64,000 bases of DNA from Eledone cirrhosa (lineage: Eukaryota): the NCBI GenBank assembly GCA_964016885.1, contig OZ024741.1, positions 148,924,001 to 148,988,000 of the forward strand, given 5' to 3'. Positions 12,302 to 25,877 of this stretch are shown piece after piece. The notes below the pieces were generated by a model that saw nothing but the letters and a program-made list of their open reading frames with translations, searched no databases and had not been told where the DNA came from. Within the stretch, counting starts at the first letter, position 1. Each line of letters begins with the position of its first letter. The translations under genes and the position numbers were made by a program.

Positions 12302-12344
12302 GTCAAAGTTCTTTCGTCACACATTCTGTGACCTCTTCAGTGAC
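12302..12344 (-). ncRNA. Minimal type I hammerhead (PLE-B pLTR)
   Basis: Reverse complement gtca-CTGAAGA-gGTCACAgaatgTGTGAC-GAAA-gaacTT-tgac. Confidence 0.85.
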
Positions 12345-12513
12345 TGGAATTCTTTTCTTTGTTTTTGTGCCTCTCCTTTGTTCTGTCCTACGCCATCTTC
12401 ACACACATATAAACAAACACATGCTCAAACTAAGCATACAACACACACACAAAAACAAGATGGCGTAGGACAGAACAAAGGAGAGGCACAAAAAACAAAG
12501 AAAAGAATCCCTA

Positions 12514-12556
12514 GTCACTGAAGAGGTCACAGAATGTGTGACGAAAGAACTTTGAC
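12514..12556 (+). ncRNA. Minimal type I hammerhead (PLE-B pLTR)
   Basis: gtca-CTGAAGA-ggtcacagaatgtgtgac-GAAA-gaactt-tgac. Confidence 0.85.
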
Positions 12557-12762
12557 AATATATAAACAACCATCTGGTTGTGGAACCAACCAACCAATCG
12601 GAAATTTATAAATTCCTAAATTTATAAATTTATTGTAATAAATTGAAGTGAAAGCAACTGGTGCATGTGTTTCTTATTGGCAACATGACCCTCCCAAAGT
12701 ATAACAATATCGGTTTCAACACACGTTTTCAGATAAAGAATCTTTCTAAACAAATTCAGAAA

Positions 12763-12806
<44 letters not shown>

Positions 12807-13295
12807 TTATATATAATTGTGATTACTTTGGTCAAAGTAAACATAAGCTCTCATCAAATTGGGTTACTTTTTATAGCTGGACTCATCTTACATAGTAATT
12901 GTCTGCAAACCTGACTTCCATCACTATGAATACAATTTGAAAACAAAAAATATATTTGCTTACAGTCTATATATATCCATTAATAATCACACAAATATTT
13001 TTACTAGTAGTTTAATCAAGTACAGAGTAAGTAACCTCTCCACTTACCCTGGCGTTGCACATTTTTTCTGTCTCTCTTTTTCTCCCATTCTTTATCTCTT
13101 GCTCTCTTCACATATGAAGATACTCCCACAATATATAAATATGTGTATGTGTGTGTACATATATTTTTATGCTGTTGGCATGATAAAATGCACCCAGTGC
13201 ACTCTGTAAGTGGTAGTGCTAAGGCCATAACATACTCTCAGTACACTCTGTAAATAGTAATGTAAATGGAAAGCAGATGTTAAATGATGATGATG

Positions 13296-13327
<32 letters not shown>

Positions 13328-13410
13328 ATGTAGTTGACAGCTGATAGAAAAGAGTACTCAATACCAAAGTAGAGTTTAAATATTCATTTTATTAAGGCTA
13401 AATAGTGAGT

Positions 13411-13458
13411 CTTGTTACTCTGGAGTTTCGCCTGCTTCTCACAGAGTCATCAGACAAG
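13411..13458 (-). ncRNA. Type I hammerhead ribozyme
   Basis: Reverse complement cttgt-CTGATGA-ctctgtgagaagcaggc-GAAA-CTCcaGAG-TA-acaag; decayed inverted copy at 13461-13507. Confidence 0.85.
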
Positions 13459-14436
13459 AATTTGTCTCATGACCCTGTGTGAAGCAGGCAAAAATCCAGA
13501 GTACAAGGCACACTTATTTTTCCCCAAAATGTCCAAGAAAATTGTCCTGCATTTTATAAGGTAGAACTGTTTTGCAATTCGGTGAAGAGATTTACTGTGA
13601 GGGATATACTGGTTGGAAACATCCATTGAAAAGCATCGAACCAGTAAATCTCTTCACTGATTTGCGAAATAGTTCTACCCGAAAGCTGTCTAGATGTTTT
13701 ATAGTTATCATAGTAGGTTTGTATATCTTGATTTATCCTTTAACCCTTTAGCATTCACATTACTCTATATATACTATTGTATTGTCACAGTAAAGGCTTT
13801 ACCTCACATAATATCTTACATAACATTCACATTACTCTATATATACTATTGTGTTTTTGTAGTAGACACTTTATCTTACATAATTATCTCACATAATATT
13901 GAATCTATGAGATTTTGATATTATTTATTTTGAGAACAATACCTTAACATCAGTATAAGTGGCCAGTTTCAACTGGTTTGAACAGAAAGAGGTGAGACAT
14001 TTCTGGGCGGATACAGCCGGTTTGAATGCAAAAGGGTTAAATTGAGTTCTGTGAACCATACTATTTTTAGTCAGTCTTTTCTTCACCCTGGCGGTTTCTG
14101 CCCCTTGTGATTTGAATGCATATATTTATATATCTGTGTTCGTCGCTCTTTACTGTGTTATAAGGCTCGGAAATTTTTTTTCCTTGAGCTAATTTGTTTA
14201 TAAGGGATTATTGTGAGTTTTTAACTCAATATATATTTTTGAGATATATATATATGCATGTGTGTGTGTGGTTGGCATTAGGAAGGGCATCTAGCTGTAA
14301 AAAAACCTGCCAGAGACACTTCTGTATGAGCAAGACACAGTCTCCCGACCATTCCCGCATCAAATAGAGCAAAACCGTCTAACCCATGCTAGCGTGGAAT
14401 ATGGATGTTATACGATGATGATGATGATGATATATA

Positions 14437-15729
14437 CGAGGTGGCATCAAAAAGTTCCCGGACTAGTTATGTTTAAAAAAATATATATATTTACCTAAGT
14501 TTTAGCATCATCTGCTTTGAAATAGTCACCTTGCACAGCAATACATCGGTCTCAGTGTTCCTGCTACTTTTGGAATCTGACCTGGAAGTATTTTCCGTAA
14601 GTGAGTCGAGGACCTTCTGTAATTCATTCTGGATCTCGGTAACAGTGTTAAAACGGCGACCTTTGAGCTGCATTTTCAGCTTGGAGAAGAGATGTAAGTC
14701 TGCAGGTGCTAAATCTGGCGAATAGGGCGGGTATGGAATCGATACAATATTGTTTTTGGTAAGAAGAGCTCAATGACAGGGTGCATTGTCATCATGAACG
14801 ATTCAATTCTTCGTGCTCTACAGATCAGTCGCTTTTGCCAAACATCCTTCCTTGAATGCCTCAAAACATTGCAGTAGAACTCTCAATTGACGGTCTGGCC
14901 ATGGGGGATGAATTCTTGATGCTCAATAACACGGATGTAAAAAAAAATGGTGAGCATGCTCTTGATTGAGCTGCAGCTCTGTCGTTCCTTCTTCAGTCGT
15001 GGCGATGAAGGGCTTCACCACTGACTCGACTGCTGCTTCATCTGAGGGTCATATCCATAGATCCAACTCTCATCACCAGAGATGATCCTTGGCATGAAAG
15101 ATGGGTCATCTGTGGCACACTGATGGAGATCTTGACAGACTTTGACATGATGTTCTTTCTACTCAATGGTCAGCAGGAGAAGGTCAAACTTGGCAGCGAC
15201 ATGTCACATGTTCAATTCAGACATTAGGATTGCCTGCATGGACCCATACAACAGACAAACAACATTAGCAATATTGTTGATTGTCCTATGACAATCCTCA
15301 TGCATAAGCTGATTAATTTTCTCCACATTTTGGGGGGTGACACTTGTGGCAGGTATTCTAGATTGCTCGTAATCTTCCGGGGACGGTCTTCCATTTTTTA
15401 AGCACTCATGCCACTCGAAACATTGCATATGACCCATTGTCCCATCGTTGAAAGCTTGCCGAATCATGCTCAATGTCTCTGTAGCAGATTTTCCAAGTTG
15501 AACACAAAATTTCACATTAGCTCTTTGGTCCAACTTCCTGTTCATGACAAAACAGCATACACGTAATGAGAAAAACACAAATTTCACAACTTGCAAAGGG
15601 AACACAGCAATGTCACTCAGCACACTTGTGCATGAAGCTCATTGTTAGCTCTCACTGTATGCACAACCGTTTGTTGCCATCTGTTGGTGCGCTACAAAAC
15701 TAGTCCGGAAGCTTTTTGATACCACCTAG
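14437..15729 (-). mobile_element. Full-length decayed mariner DNA transposon
   Basis: About 35-bp TIRs (cgaggtggcatcaaaaagttcccggactagt / actagtccggaagctttttgataccacctag), TA at the left end, about 1.3 kb long. Transposase remnants QRANVKFCVQLGKSATET (HTH) and PPYSPDLAPAD. Confidence 0.93.
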
Positions 15730-16327
15730 TCTCTCTCTATATAAATATATACCTACATACAAAGTGGTTGGCAATAGGAAAGTCATCCAGCTGCAGAAAC
15801 CATGCTATACAAAGAGTTGTCAGGCCTCTTCAGTTATGTCAAGGACATGATAATCTTCCTAGTGTCGATGTCATGATAAAATACACCCATTCTGTAATAT
15901 AGAAATATGGTAATGAAAGGATTAAATAATGACAATGATGATGATACAGGTGTGAACATTCCTTAGATAAGCTCTTAATCCTTAGGCTTCTTGTAGTGTA
16001 ACACAGAATAGACAAGTGAATCTATTTCAGGTATGTTCACTGAAGCAGAAGAACATTGCTACTGTTACTACTACACCTCACCCTAATATGGTCTACTGAT
16101 CGAATCAAAACTTCAGCCATTCCCACTTTTACAGCTAATGAACAATAACTAATACATCTCCTTTTTGATCCCCACCCACCATTATGTTACATTTGAATGT
16201 TAAGACTCACCAATAACCTAAATAACAGGCTTTCAAGTTGGTCACCTATAATCAAAATCATATGCATGCTACTGTACGTCTGTATACATATATGTATGTA
16301 CGTATACATACATACTTACATTTATAT

Positions 16328-16372
<45 letters not shown>

Positions 16373-16408
16373 TATAAGAACAAAAGATGGTTAAAGGAGT
16401 TCCATGTA

Positions 16409-16475
16409 TTTTATTATGCGCATTTCAAAAACAAATATCATCTTGCAATAATATTTGTGTTTTCATCAGATAAAA
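16409..16475 (-). ncRNA. Type I hammerhead with palindromic stem III (Naiad A)
   Basis: Reverse complement ttttat-CTGATGA-long AT-rich stem II-GAAA-TGCGCA-TA-ataaaa. Confidence 0.9.
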
Positions 16476-17142
16476 CAGGAGGACATGATATGAAGGCTAA
16501 AAAACACTTGTGGGTAGTTCAGTTTTAAATCAACATATGAGAAGTAGTTTTAGATTGTGTGATATTGGGAAAAATATTTTATTTAGAGGGGGGGGGAGTG
16601 GAAAGGATGAAAAAAAGGGGAGGAGATGAGAGTGAAGGTGGAGAGGGAGGAGTATAGTGAGGAAGGATGAGATAGGAGGAGAGATGGGTGATAGAGAGAG
16701 AGAGATAGTTTTTATAACTGAGAAAGATATATTGTTTTACATTAGAGAGGTTGAAAACCGTTGGAAGATAATGTATAAATTAAAAGAATTTGAAAATTAA
16801 CGAAGAGAAAAAGAGAAAAATATGTGCGAAGAAAGAGAAGGAGTTAATATGTATTGAGAATAATGAGTTAGATGATAGGGAGAAAAGAATAATGAATTGC
16901 GGATGAATATTCTAACGTTAAAAAAAAAAAAGAAAAAAATTGTATATGTTTACGAAGGATTTTTATAAGGTGATATAGAGTAAGAATGTGTTCTATTACG
17001 TAATAATTGATTCTATGTTAGGCAAGAGTGAGAAAAGGTACAGATTAGGGGTTAGATATTAGAAGAGAAGAAAAGGAAGTGATAAATATGGGTGATGTAG
17101 AAAGAGTAAAACAGGTATTATAGAAATTTGAAAATTAACGAA

Positions 17143-17272
17143 GAGAAAAATAATGTAAAGTTAAGGTTTGTATATTGAAGGATTTGAGAAAAATAATGTA
17201 AAGTTAAGGTTTGTATATTGAAGGATTTGAGAAAAATAATGTAAAGTTAAGGTTTGTATATTGAAGGATTTG
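17143..17272. repeat. 43-bp tandem repeat x3 in the PLE 3' UTR
   Basis: taatgtaaag recurs at 17151, 17194 and 17237. Confidence 0.95.
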
Positions 17273-17561
17273 ATAATATGTGTGAAGAAAAAGAAAATGT
17301 TAATATGTATTGAGAATAATGAGTTAGATGATAGGGAGAAAAGAATAATGAATTGAGGATGAATAATCTAGCGTAAAAAAAAAATGTATATGTTTACGAA
17401 GGATTTTACAAGGTGATATAGAGTAAGAGTAATGAGTAAACAAGTATTATAGAATGTATAATAACCTTTGAAATAAGGTGGAAAGATGGGTATATTTTTA
17501 AAAGAAGTGTATATATATGTGCCTTTGAGAAAAAGATTCTAAATTGATAAAGAATTGAATA

Positions 17562-19580
17562 TTAGCTGTATACTTTGTGAAATGTTTTATGGAATTTATG
17601 CAAGCAGATAGAAAACAAGTCAGTGCGTCTATTTATTATAGAATCTAGATTAGAGATAATGGTAAATTTTTCATTTAGACAGAGATTGCAGATTTTAGAT
17701 AGAGAACTGTTCAAGTATGGAGACGCAGAAGAAAACTTCCTCCAAAAGATGCTATATTTAATGTTTTTGTCTTTCAAGGACCATATGAGTTCTGAGAGAG
17801 CCGTGTTGGTTCTTTTAAGTTTGTATTTAAAAGATGAATGATGGTTATAAAGACGAGCTTTAAAAGAGGTGGAAGTGGAGCCAAAATAGGTGAAGGAATT
17901 GGTGTCAGTTATAACTTTACATTCGTAAATTAAGTTTTTATCAAGACAATGATTGTTGAGAGGACATTTATTTTTAATAGGGCAATTGCAATTGCAATTA
18001 GAGAGATTATTAATGACTGACCTAGTGTTATCTATAGAAGGAATTAGATTGGAGAAGTTATTTGCGATAGGAATAATAGTTTCTTGATTTAGAGTGGGAT
18101 TATGAACATTTAGCGAAGTTGTGTTTGACGTTGTATTTGGGTTTGTAGAAATTAGCCTAGGGTTTACAATGACGTCGGGAGTACTATTACTATTATTATG
18201 AAATTCAGTGTTGGAAGGAAGAGATTTAGTATTTAGTATTTTATTGTTGTGTTTAGAGATAATGTTGGAAATGTTGGAGGATGTAGAATAAGAAAATTTT
18301 ATGGTGTGTTTGTTAAATATTTTACTATAGATATGTGAGGGAGGGAAGCATTTATTTAAGGCACTAAAGAATAATTTAGGAATATTGTTATTAATAGAGA
18401 TGGAGAAAGGAGCATTATACCAGATTATGTTTTTGTATCTAGGTCTTTTGTTAAAGTTATTGGAATGATCATGATTAATTATTCTACTGTAAGTTCTTCT
18501 AGAATTTGTTTCTTTACTATATTTGATTTTATCAGGATAGCCGGCTTTAGAAAGCGCGTTATTATAGTAATTGGCGTTAGCATCAAAGATGTTTTTATTA
18601 GAAGATAGGTTAGATATTCTTTTTCCAATATTACTAACTATAGCATTCTTGATATTAGTAGGATGGTTAGATTTAAAGTTAACGTAATTTAGGTTCTCAT
18701 TGTTTTTATGGTAAGGGTAATATAGGCCAGTGTTAAGGTTAAGAGATACATCCAAGAAATTAGCTAGTTTGATACTGTTATCAAATTCAATTTTTAGGTT
18801 ATGTTGGTTAAAGAGATTACGTATATTGTTCTTAATAATATTAAGGTTAACTATATTGCAATTTAAGATAGTAAAGAGTCCATCGTCACGATAAATTCCA
18901 CCACGAAGTTGAGGAATTTTCCGACTCAAAGAGTTCAAAATAAAGATACCAATTAAATCAGTCAATTGGGATGAATCGGATGCTCCCATTGTGATGTCGA
19001 AGTTGTTAGAGGTATCGGCTCTGGTCCAATATTCGTTGTTGAACTCTAGGATGGTTTTACGTGCGGTGAGAATGATGTGAAGTTCATCTGTGGTGATGTC
19101 AGAATATTTAAGTGCGAAAGATAGAGCATTATTGAGAAGTGAAGGCGAAATGGAGGAATAGTAGCTGGCAATATCAAATTGAACAAATTTTAGTTTGTTT
19201 TTATTATTCAATTTGTTGAACCAGCTAATCACTTCAGAAGTACCAAACCATAAATTTAGGTTCAAAGAAGAGCAATTAGAACGAACCTGTGGGATAATTC
19301 TATCCAAGATGGCTTTACTAACAACCCCCAGATCAGATATAGAGGGGGCGATTAATCTAACAGGTAGTTCAGTGCGAAAATTGTTTTTGTGATCCTTGAG
19401 ATTTATCCTCGGAGTTCTTGGGAGGAATGGTTCTGTCTTTTTATCAATGCCAAGTTTTGACATAATCTCAGAGGCTTCAAGGTTTATGTATTCTAAATTT
19501 TCATGGTTGGTTTTACGATATTTTTTCCTAAGTTCCTTTAGGATAAGGTTGTTATAATTATCCTTGGAAATACCATATAA
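17562..19580 (-). CDS. PLE reverse transcriptase + GIY-YIG endonuclease (N-terminally truncated, otherwise uninterrupted)
   Basis: [48 protein letters not shown] knuckle, [20 protein letters not shown]. The first about 25 aa of the 697-aa ORF come from the inverted tail. Confidence 0.92.
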   Translation of the reverse strand, partial: LYGISKDNYNNLILKELRKKYRKTNHENLEYINLEASEIMSKLGIDKKTEPFLPRTPRINLKDHKNNFRTELPVRLIAPSISDLGVVSKAILDRIIPQVRSNCSSLNLNLWFGTSEVISWFNKLNNKNKLKFVQFDIASYYSSISPSLLNNALSFALKYSDITTDELHIILTARKTILEFNNEYWTRADTSNNFDITMGASDSSQLTDLIGIFILNSLSRKIPQLRGGIYRDDGLFTILNCNIVNLNIIKNNIRNLFNQHNLKIEFDNSIKLANFLDVSLNLNTGLYYPYHKNNENLNYVNFKSNHPTNIKNAIVSNIGKRISNLSSNKNIFDANANYYNNALSKAGYPDKIKYSKETNSRRTYSRIINHDHSNNFNKRPRYKNIIWYNAPFSISINNNIPKLFFSALNKCFPPSHIYSKIFNKHTIKFSYSTSSNISNIISKHNNKILNTKSLPSNTEFHNNSNSTPDVIVNPRLISTNPNTTSNTTSLNVHNPTLNQETIIPIANNFSNLIPSIDNTRSVINNLSNCNCNCPIKNKCPLNNHCLDKNLIYECKVITDTNSFTYFGSTSTSFKARLYNHHSSFKYKLKRTNTALSELIWSLKDKNIKYSIFWRKFSSASPYLNSSLSKICNLCLNEKFTIISNLDSIINRRTDLFSICLHKFHKTFHKVYS

Positions 19581-19690
19581 CCATCTTTTGTTCTTATATA
19601 TTATGTATACTCCAGTCCCACAAACTGTAGAGTGCTTCTTATCCGATATCTGCATTGCTTTATTGTACTACAATAAAACTCACCTCCTAC

Positions 19691-19865
19691 ATATATATAC
19701 ATATATATATATATATGTGTATATATATATATATACACATATATATATATATATGTGTATATATATATATATATATATGTATGTATATATATATATCTGT
19801 ATATATATATATATATGTATGTATATATATATATATGTGTATATATATATATATATATATGTATG

Positions 19866-19914
<49 letters not shown>

Positions 19915-19931
19915 GTATATATATATGTATG

Positions 19932-19998
<67 letters not shown>

Positions 19999-20003
19999 GT
20001 ATG

Positions 20004-20075
<72 letters not shown>

Positions 20076-20081
20076 TGTATG

Positions 20082-20146
<65 letters not shown>

Positions 20147-20151
20147 GTATG

Positions 20152-20182
<31 letters not shown>

Positions 20183-20199
20183 ATGTATATATATATATG

Positions 20200-20283
<84 letters not shown>
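19691..20283. repeat. (TA)n tract with TATG interruptions
   Basis: Direct reading; bracketed by inverted Naiad A tails. Confidence 0.95.
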
Positions 20284-20284
<1 letters not shown>

Positions 20285-20498
20285 GTAGGAGGTGAGTTTT
20301 ATTGTAGTACAATAAAGCAATGCAGATATCGGATAAGAAGCACTCTACAGTTTGTGGGACTGGAGTATGCATAATATAAGATCAAAAGATGGTTAAAGGA
20401 GTTCAATATATTTTATTATGCGCATTTCAAAAACAAACATCATCAAACAATAATATTTGTGTTTTCATCAGATAAAACAGGAGAACATGATATGAAGG

Positions 20499-20532
<34 letters not shown>

Positions 20533-20565
20533 ACTTGTTGATAGTGCAGTTTTAAATCAACATAT
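20284..20565 (-). mobile_element. Solo Naiad A pLTR/3' end with hammerhead (20411-20477)
   Basis: Matches 16375-16535 and the reverse complement of 19578-19690. Confidence 0.9.
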
Positions 20566-20601
20566 CATATATGTATATATCATGTATATATCAACATATT
20601 A

Positions 20602-20648
<47 letters not shown>

Positions 20649-20653
20649 GTATG

Positions 20654-21282
20654 TCATCATCATCATCATCATTTAACGTCCATGTTCCACGCTTGCATAG
20701 GTTTGGACGGGAGTTTTCCCACTTGAGGCAAGAGTGGTTGTCTTGCTCGCATAGGACTGTCTGGCGGGTTTTCTACAGTCGGATGCCCTTCCTAACACCA
20801 ACCACATTTACAGTGTGGGGCTGGGAGGTTTTTACTGTGTTGCCTGCACGGCCACATTACAGCGTGGACTGTCTGGCGGGTTTTCTACAGCTGGATGCCC
20901 TTCCTAACACCAACCACATTTACAGTGTGGGACTGGGAGGTTTTTACCGTGTTACCTACACGGCCACATTACAGCGTGGACTGTTTTTTTTTTTTGTCGT
21001 GACACCTACACGATCTCATGTTTCGGCCTGGATATTGTGGCACCAACATAACTTTATATTGAAAGGGGCGGTGTGGATGGGGTTGGGGTGGGGGGACGAG
21101 GGTGTATATTGTTAGAGATGCCTGCTGACTGTAGTAGGTTTTACTTTGTATTTAGGTAAGGCGGGTCTTCTCTATTACTGAGTACCGCCAAAGGTCTCGG
21201 TCCAGTGACATTGTCTTGGAGAGGTGTAAGTGTGTGAGGTCGGAATTTATCAGCTCATCCCAGGTTTTTCTCGGTCTGCCTA
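20654..21282 (-). mobile_element. RTE LINE 3' end with internally duplicated 3' UTR block
   Basis: (CAT)n tail; [16 protein letters not shown] on the minus strand; near-identical to 23682-24320. Confidence 0.9.
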
Positions 21283-21514
21283 CTGCCTATATATATATAT
21301 ATATGTATGTATGTATATATATATGTATGTATGTATATATATATATGTATGTATGTATATATATGTATGTATGTATATATATATATGTATGTATGTATAT
21401 ATATATATGTATGTATGTATATATATATATGTATGTATGTATATATATGTATGTAAGTATATATATATATATGTATGTATGTATATATATATATATATGT
21501 ATGTATATATATAT

Positions 21515-22968
21515 ATTTCGTTTCTGAATTTGTTTAGCAAGATTCTTTATCTGAAATCGTGTGTTGAAACCGATATTGTTATACTTTGGGAGGGTCATGT
21601 TGCCAATAAGAAACACACGCACCAGTTGCTTTCACTTCAATTTATTATAATAAATTTATAATAAATTTATAAATTTCTGGTTGGTTGGCATCTGATCCAC
21701 CGAAACTCGGCCGTTTCGGACCATACCAAAATCAACATACTGACTGCGGATTTGGTACGGGTGATGAGAAACGTGTCCCGCATGTGCAACCCTGAAGAAC
21801 TAGAGAGACACATACAACACTTCATCCACCGTATGCAGTTCTCTGGCTACAATCAGAGAGATAAAATCAGAGTGTATAGAGGAGCCAGAACCAAATGGGA
21901 AAAAATGGTAAATAATGACATAAATGGGACCTGCCCCTTGTATAGGAGCAAATTTAGGAATAGAATAGAAAGAACTAGGAACAAGGCTAATAGAATAAAC
22001 TCATGGTATGATAGCAATAAATACCAGAGTGTAATGTTCATGGATACAACCCCTCGAGGTGAATTAGCTTACAAATTTAGAAGGGCCCTAAATAAACATA
22101 AACTCAATATTAAGATAGTAGAAAGACCAGGTACCTCCATAAAAACACTTATTAGCAAGACATACCCTTTTGCAAAGACCCTCATGTATAGATAAGAAAT
22201 GTATAACCTGTAAAATAAGCCCCCATATTAACTGTAAAACTAGAAATGTAATGTATAGCATAAGATGTACTGAAGGACAATGTAGAGACAAAAATATAGT
22301 GTACATAGGTGAGACAGCTCGTAGTGTAGGGGAACGGATAAACGAACACTGGCGAGACCTTCAAGATAGTAAAGAATCATCTGTACTCTAGCAACATGCT
22401 AAAATAGAACACAAGGGTAAATTAGAGAACATAGAAATAAAAATAGAATCTACACACAGAAAAGACGCAATGTTTAGACAAATTACAGAGGCAATAAACA
22501 TAAAAGAATTACAACCAAAATTAAATAGAAAATATGAGTGGAACAGCAACATCACAACTTACAATTAAGGACAAAATGAAAACACACACACACATAGAAC
22601 AAACAACCAACCAGTAACATGTAAATAAACAAATAAATAAATGAACATAAACACACACAGACACCCAGATGTGGCGCATGCGCAGACTGAGCACACAACA
22701 CACACACAGAAACAAAATGGCGTAGGACAGAACAAAGGAGAGGCACAGAAACAAAGAAAGGAATCCACAGTCACTGAAGAGGTCACAGAGTGTGTGACGA
22801 AAGAACTATGACAATATATAAACAACTATCTGGTTGCGGAACCAACCAACCAACCAGAAATTTATAAATTTATTATAAATTTATTATAAATTTATTATAA
22901 TAAATTGAAGTGAAAGTAACTGGTGCGTGTGTTTCTTATTGGCAACATGACCCTCCCAAAGTATAACA
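21515..22968 (+). mobile_element. Penelope-like element B (non-Naiad; Neptune/Nematis-like) 3' fragment with inverted pLTR
   Basis: RT thumb (LVRVMRNVS, MQFSGY), CxxC linker, VMYSIRC..YIGETARSVGERINEH GIY-YIG with a frameshift and a stop. pLTR with HHR at 22770-22812; inverted tail at 21515-21688. Confidence 0.88.
22770..22812 (+). ncRNA. Minimal type I hammerhead (PLE-B pLTR)
   Basis: gtca-CTGAAGA-ggtcacagagtgtgtgac-GAAA-gaacTA-tgac. Confidence 0.87.
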
Positions 22969-23680
<712 letters not shown>

Positions 23681-23681
23681 A

Positions 23682-25145
23682 TCATCATCATCATCATCAT
23701 CATCAGGTTTAGCGTCCGTGTTCCACGCTTGCATGGGTTTGGACGGGAGTTTTCCCACTTGAGGCAAGAGTGGTTGTCTTGCTCGCATAGGACTGTCTGG
23801 CGGGTTTTCTACAGTTGGATGCCCTTCCTAACACCAACCACATTTACAGTGTGGGGCTGGGAGGTTTTTACCGTGTTGCCTACACGGCCACATTACAGCG
23901 TGGACTGTCTGGCGGGTTTTCTACAGCTGGATGCCCTTCCTAACACCAACCACATTTACAGTGTGGGGCTGGGAGGTTTTTACCGTGTTGCCTACACGGC
24001 CACATTTACAGCGTGGACTGTGTGTTTTTTGTCGTGACACCTACACGATCTCATTTGTTTCGGCCTGGATGTTGTGGGGCCAACATAACTTTACATTGAA
24101 AGGGGCGGTGTGGGTGGGGTGGAGGTGGTGGGACGGGGGTGTGTTTTGATAGAGATGCCTACTGACTGTAGTAGGTTTTTACTTTGTATTTAGGTAAGGC
24201 GGGTCTTCTCTATTACTGAGTACCGCCAAAGGTCTCGGTCCAGTGACATTGTCTTGGAGAGGTGTAAGCGTGTGAGGTCGGAATTTATCAGCTCGTCCCA
24301 TGTTTTTCTGGGTCTGCCTACTCCGTGGCTACCGTCTATCTTTATTGCCCTGCACTTTGTTATACAGCTGTCGTCTTTCATGCGCATCACGTGACCGTAC
24401 CAACGTAGCCTTCTCTCGAGTAAACAACATCTGATCCCTCTTATTTCTAATTTTTTCCTTAGATCGTTTATGCTTTGCCGTTCACGTATATTACTATTGC
24501 ACATCCAGCGGAGCATGCAAGCTTCGTTCCTCTCTAGTCTGCGTATATCCTCTGCACACAATGCCCAGGTCTCACTGCCATGCAGCATTGCTGTTCATAT
24601 GCAGGCATCGTATAACCTGCCTTTCATTTTTAGGGAGAACCCTCTAGCGGCTAATAGTGGTATAAGCTCTCTGAACTTTTTCCATCCAGTTCTGACTCTA
24701 GCTACTGTACTTTCAGAGCACCCTCCCCCACTGCTGATTTTGTCACCCAGATAACGGAAGCTGTCCACTATTTCTATAGAACCCTCTGTGCAGTTGAAGG
24801 AGCTAGTATTTTGTGGGCGCTTGCTGCTACTTATTGCACCAGAGCACCGGCCACATGTAAAATCTATGTTCTTAGTTAGCTTACCTGTGATCCCACTACA
24901 TCTTTTATGCACCCATACTTTGCATTTGGGACATAAAATGGAGTTTCTACCTACGCCTTTCCTACACACTGAGCATGGCCATTTCCCCGATGGGACCGCC
25001 GCCTTATTTTCTTTCCTACAAACTAGAACTTTAGTCTTAGCCAGGTTAATTTTAAGGCCTTTTGATTCTAGGCCGTGCTTCCACGTTTGGAATTTCTTCT
25101 CTAGTTCGGTCATTGATTCAGCTATGAGCGTTAGATCATCTGCGT
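23682..25145 (-). mobile_element. RTE LINE, 5'-truncated at YADD, with PHD finger insert
   Basis: [57 protein letters not shown]; (GAT)n tail. Confidence 0.95.
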
Positions 25146-25434
25146 ATATATATATATATATGTATGTATATATATATATATATATGTATGTATATAAATA
25201 TATGTATGTATATATATATGTATGTATATATATATATATATGTATGTATATATATATATATGTATGTATATATATATGTATGTATGTATATATATATATG
25301 TATGTATGTATATATATATATATATGTATGTATATATATATATATGTATGTATATATATATATATATATGTATGTATATATATATATATATATGTATGTA
25401 TATATATATGTATGTATATATATATATATATATG

Positions 25435-25503
<69 letters not shown>

Positions 25504-25548
25504 ATATATATGTATGTATATATATATGTATGTATATATATATGTATG

Positions 25549-25579
<31 letters not shown>

Positions 25580-25624
25580 ATATATATATATGTATGTATA
25601 TATATATGTATATATATATATATG

Positions 25625-25662
<38 letters not shown>

Positions 25663-25790
25663 TTTTATTTTTTTTATAGTTATATATATATATATATATA
25701 TATATTTTTTATAGTTATATATAGTTGATTATGCTAATTGGGAGAGGAAATGGTATATATTTTATCTGGTGATTCTATAGACATGTTTTA

Positions 25791-25858
<68 letters not shown>

Positions 25859-25877
25859 GTATCATATTTCATTATTT

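Larger units (their letters stand above)
11843..12999. repeat. About 1.15-kb nested inverted repeat
   Basis: 11843-12040 is the reverse complement of 12800-12999; the inner arms 12113-12410 and 12440-12764 are inverted PLE pLTR copies. Confidence 0.92.
16375..19690 (-). mobile_element. Naiad-type Penelope-like element A, 5'-truncated, with an inverted 3' tail at its 5' junction
   Basis: RT+GIY-YIG ORF, about 1.1-kb 3' UTR, sense HHR at 16409-16475, (TA)n at both ends; 19578-19690 is the pLTR tail in opposite orientation. Confidence 0.92.

Noticed and set aside
17143-17272. Regular 43-bp repeats suggestive of CRISPR
   Set aside because: No spacers; it is a simple tandem repeat in a eukaryotic retroelement UTR.
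19580-19655. N-terminus MQISDKKH.. of the 697-aa ORF as a true start
   Set aside because: It derives from the antisense of the inverted pLTR tail; the genuine Naiad N-terminus (compare 62961) is missing.
22389-22391. TAG in the PLE-B endonuclease as programmed readthrough
   Set aside because: The homologous fragment at about 44310 has TAC (Tyr), so it is a copy-specific nonsense mutation.
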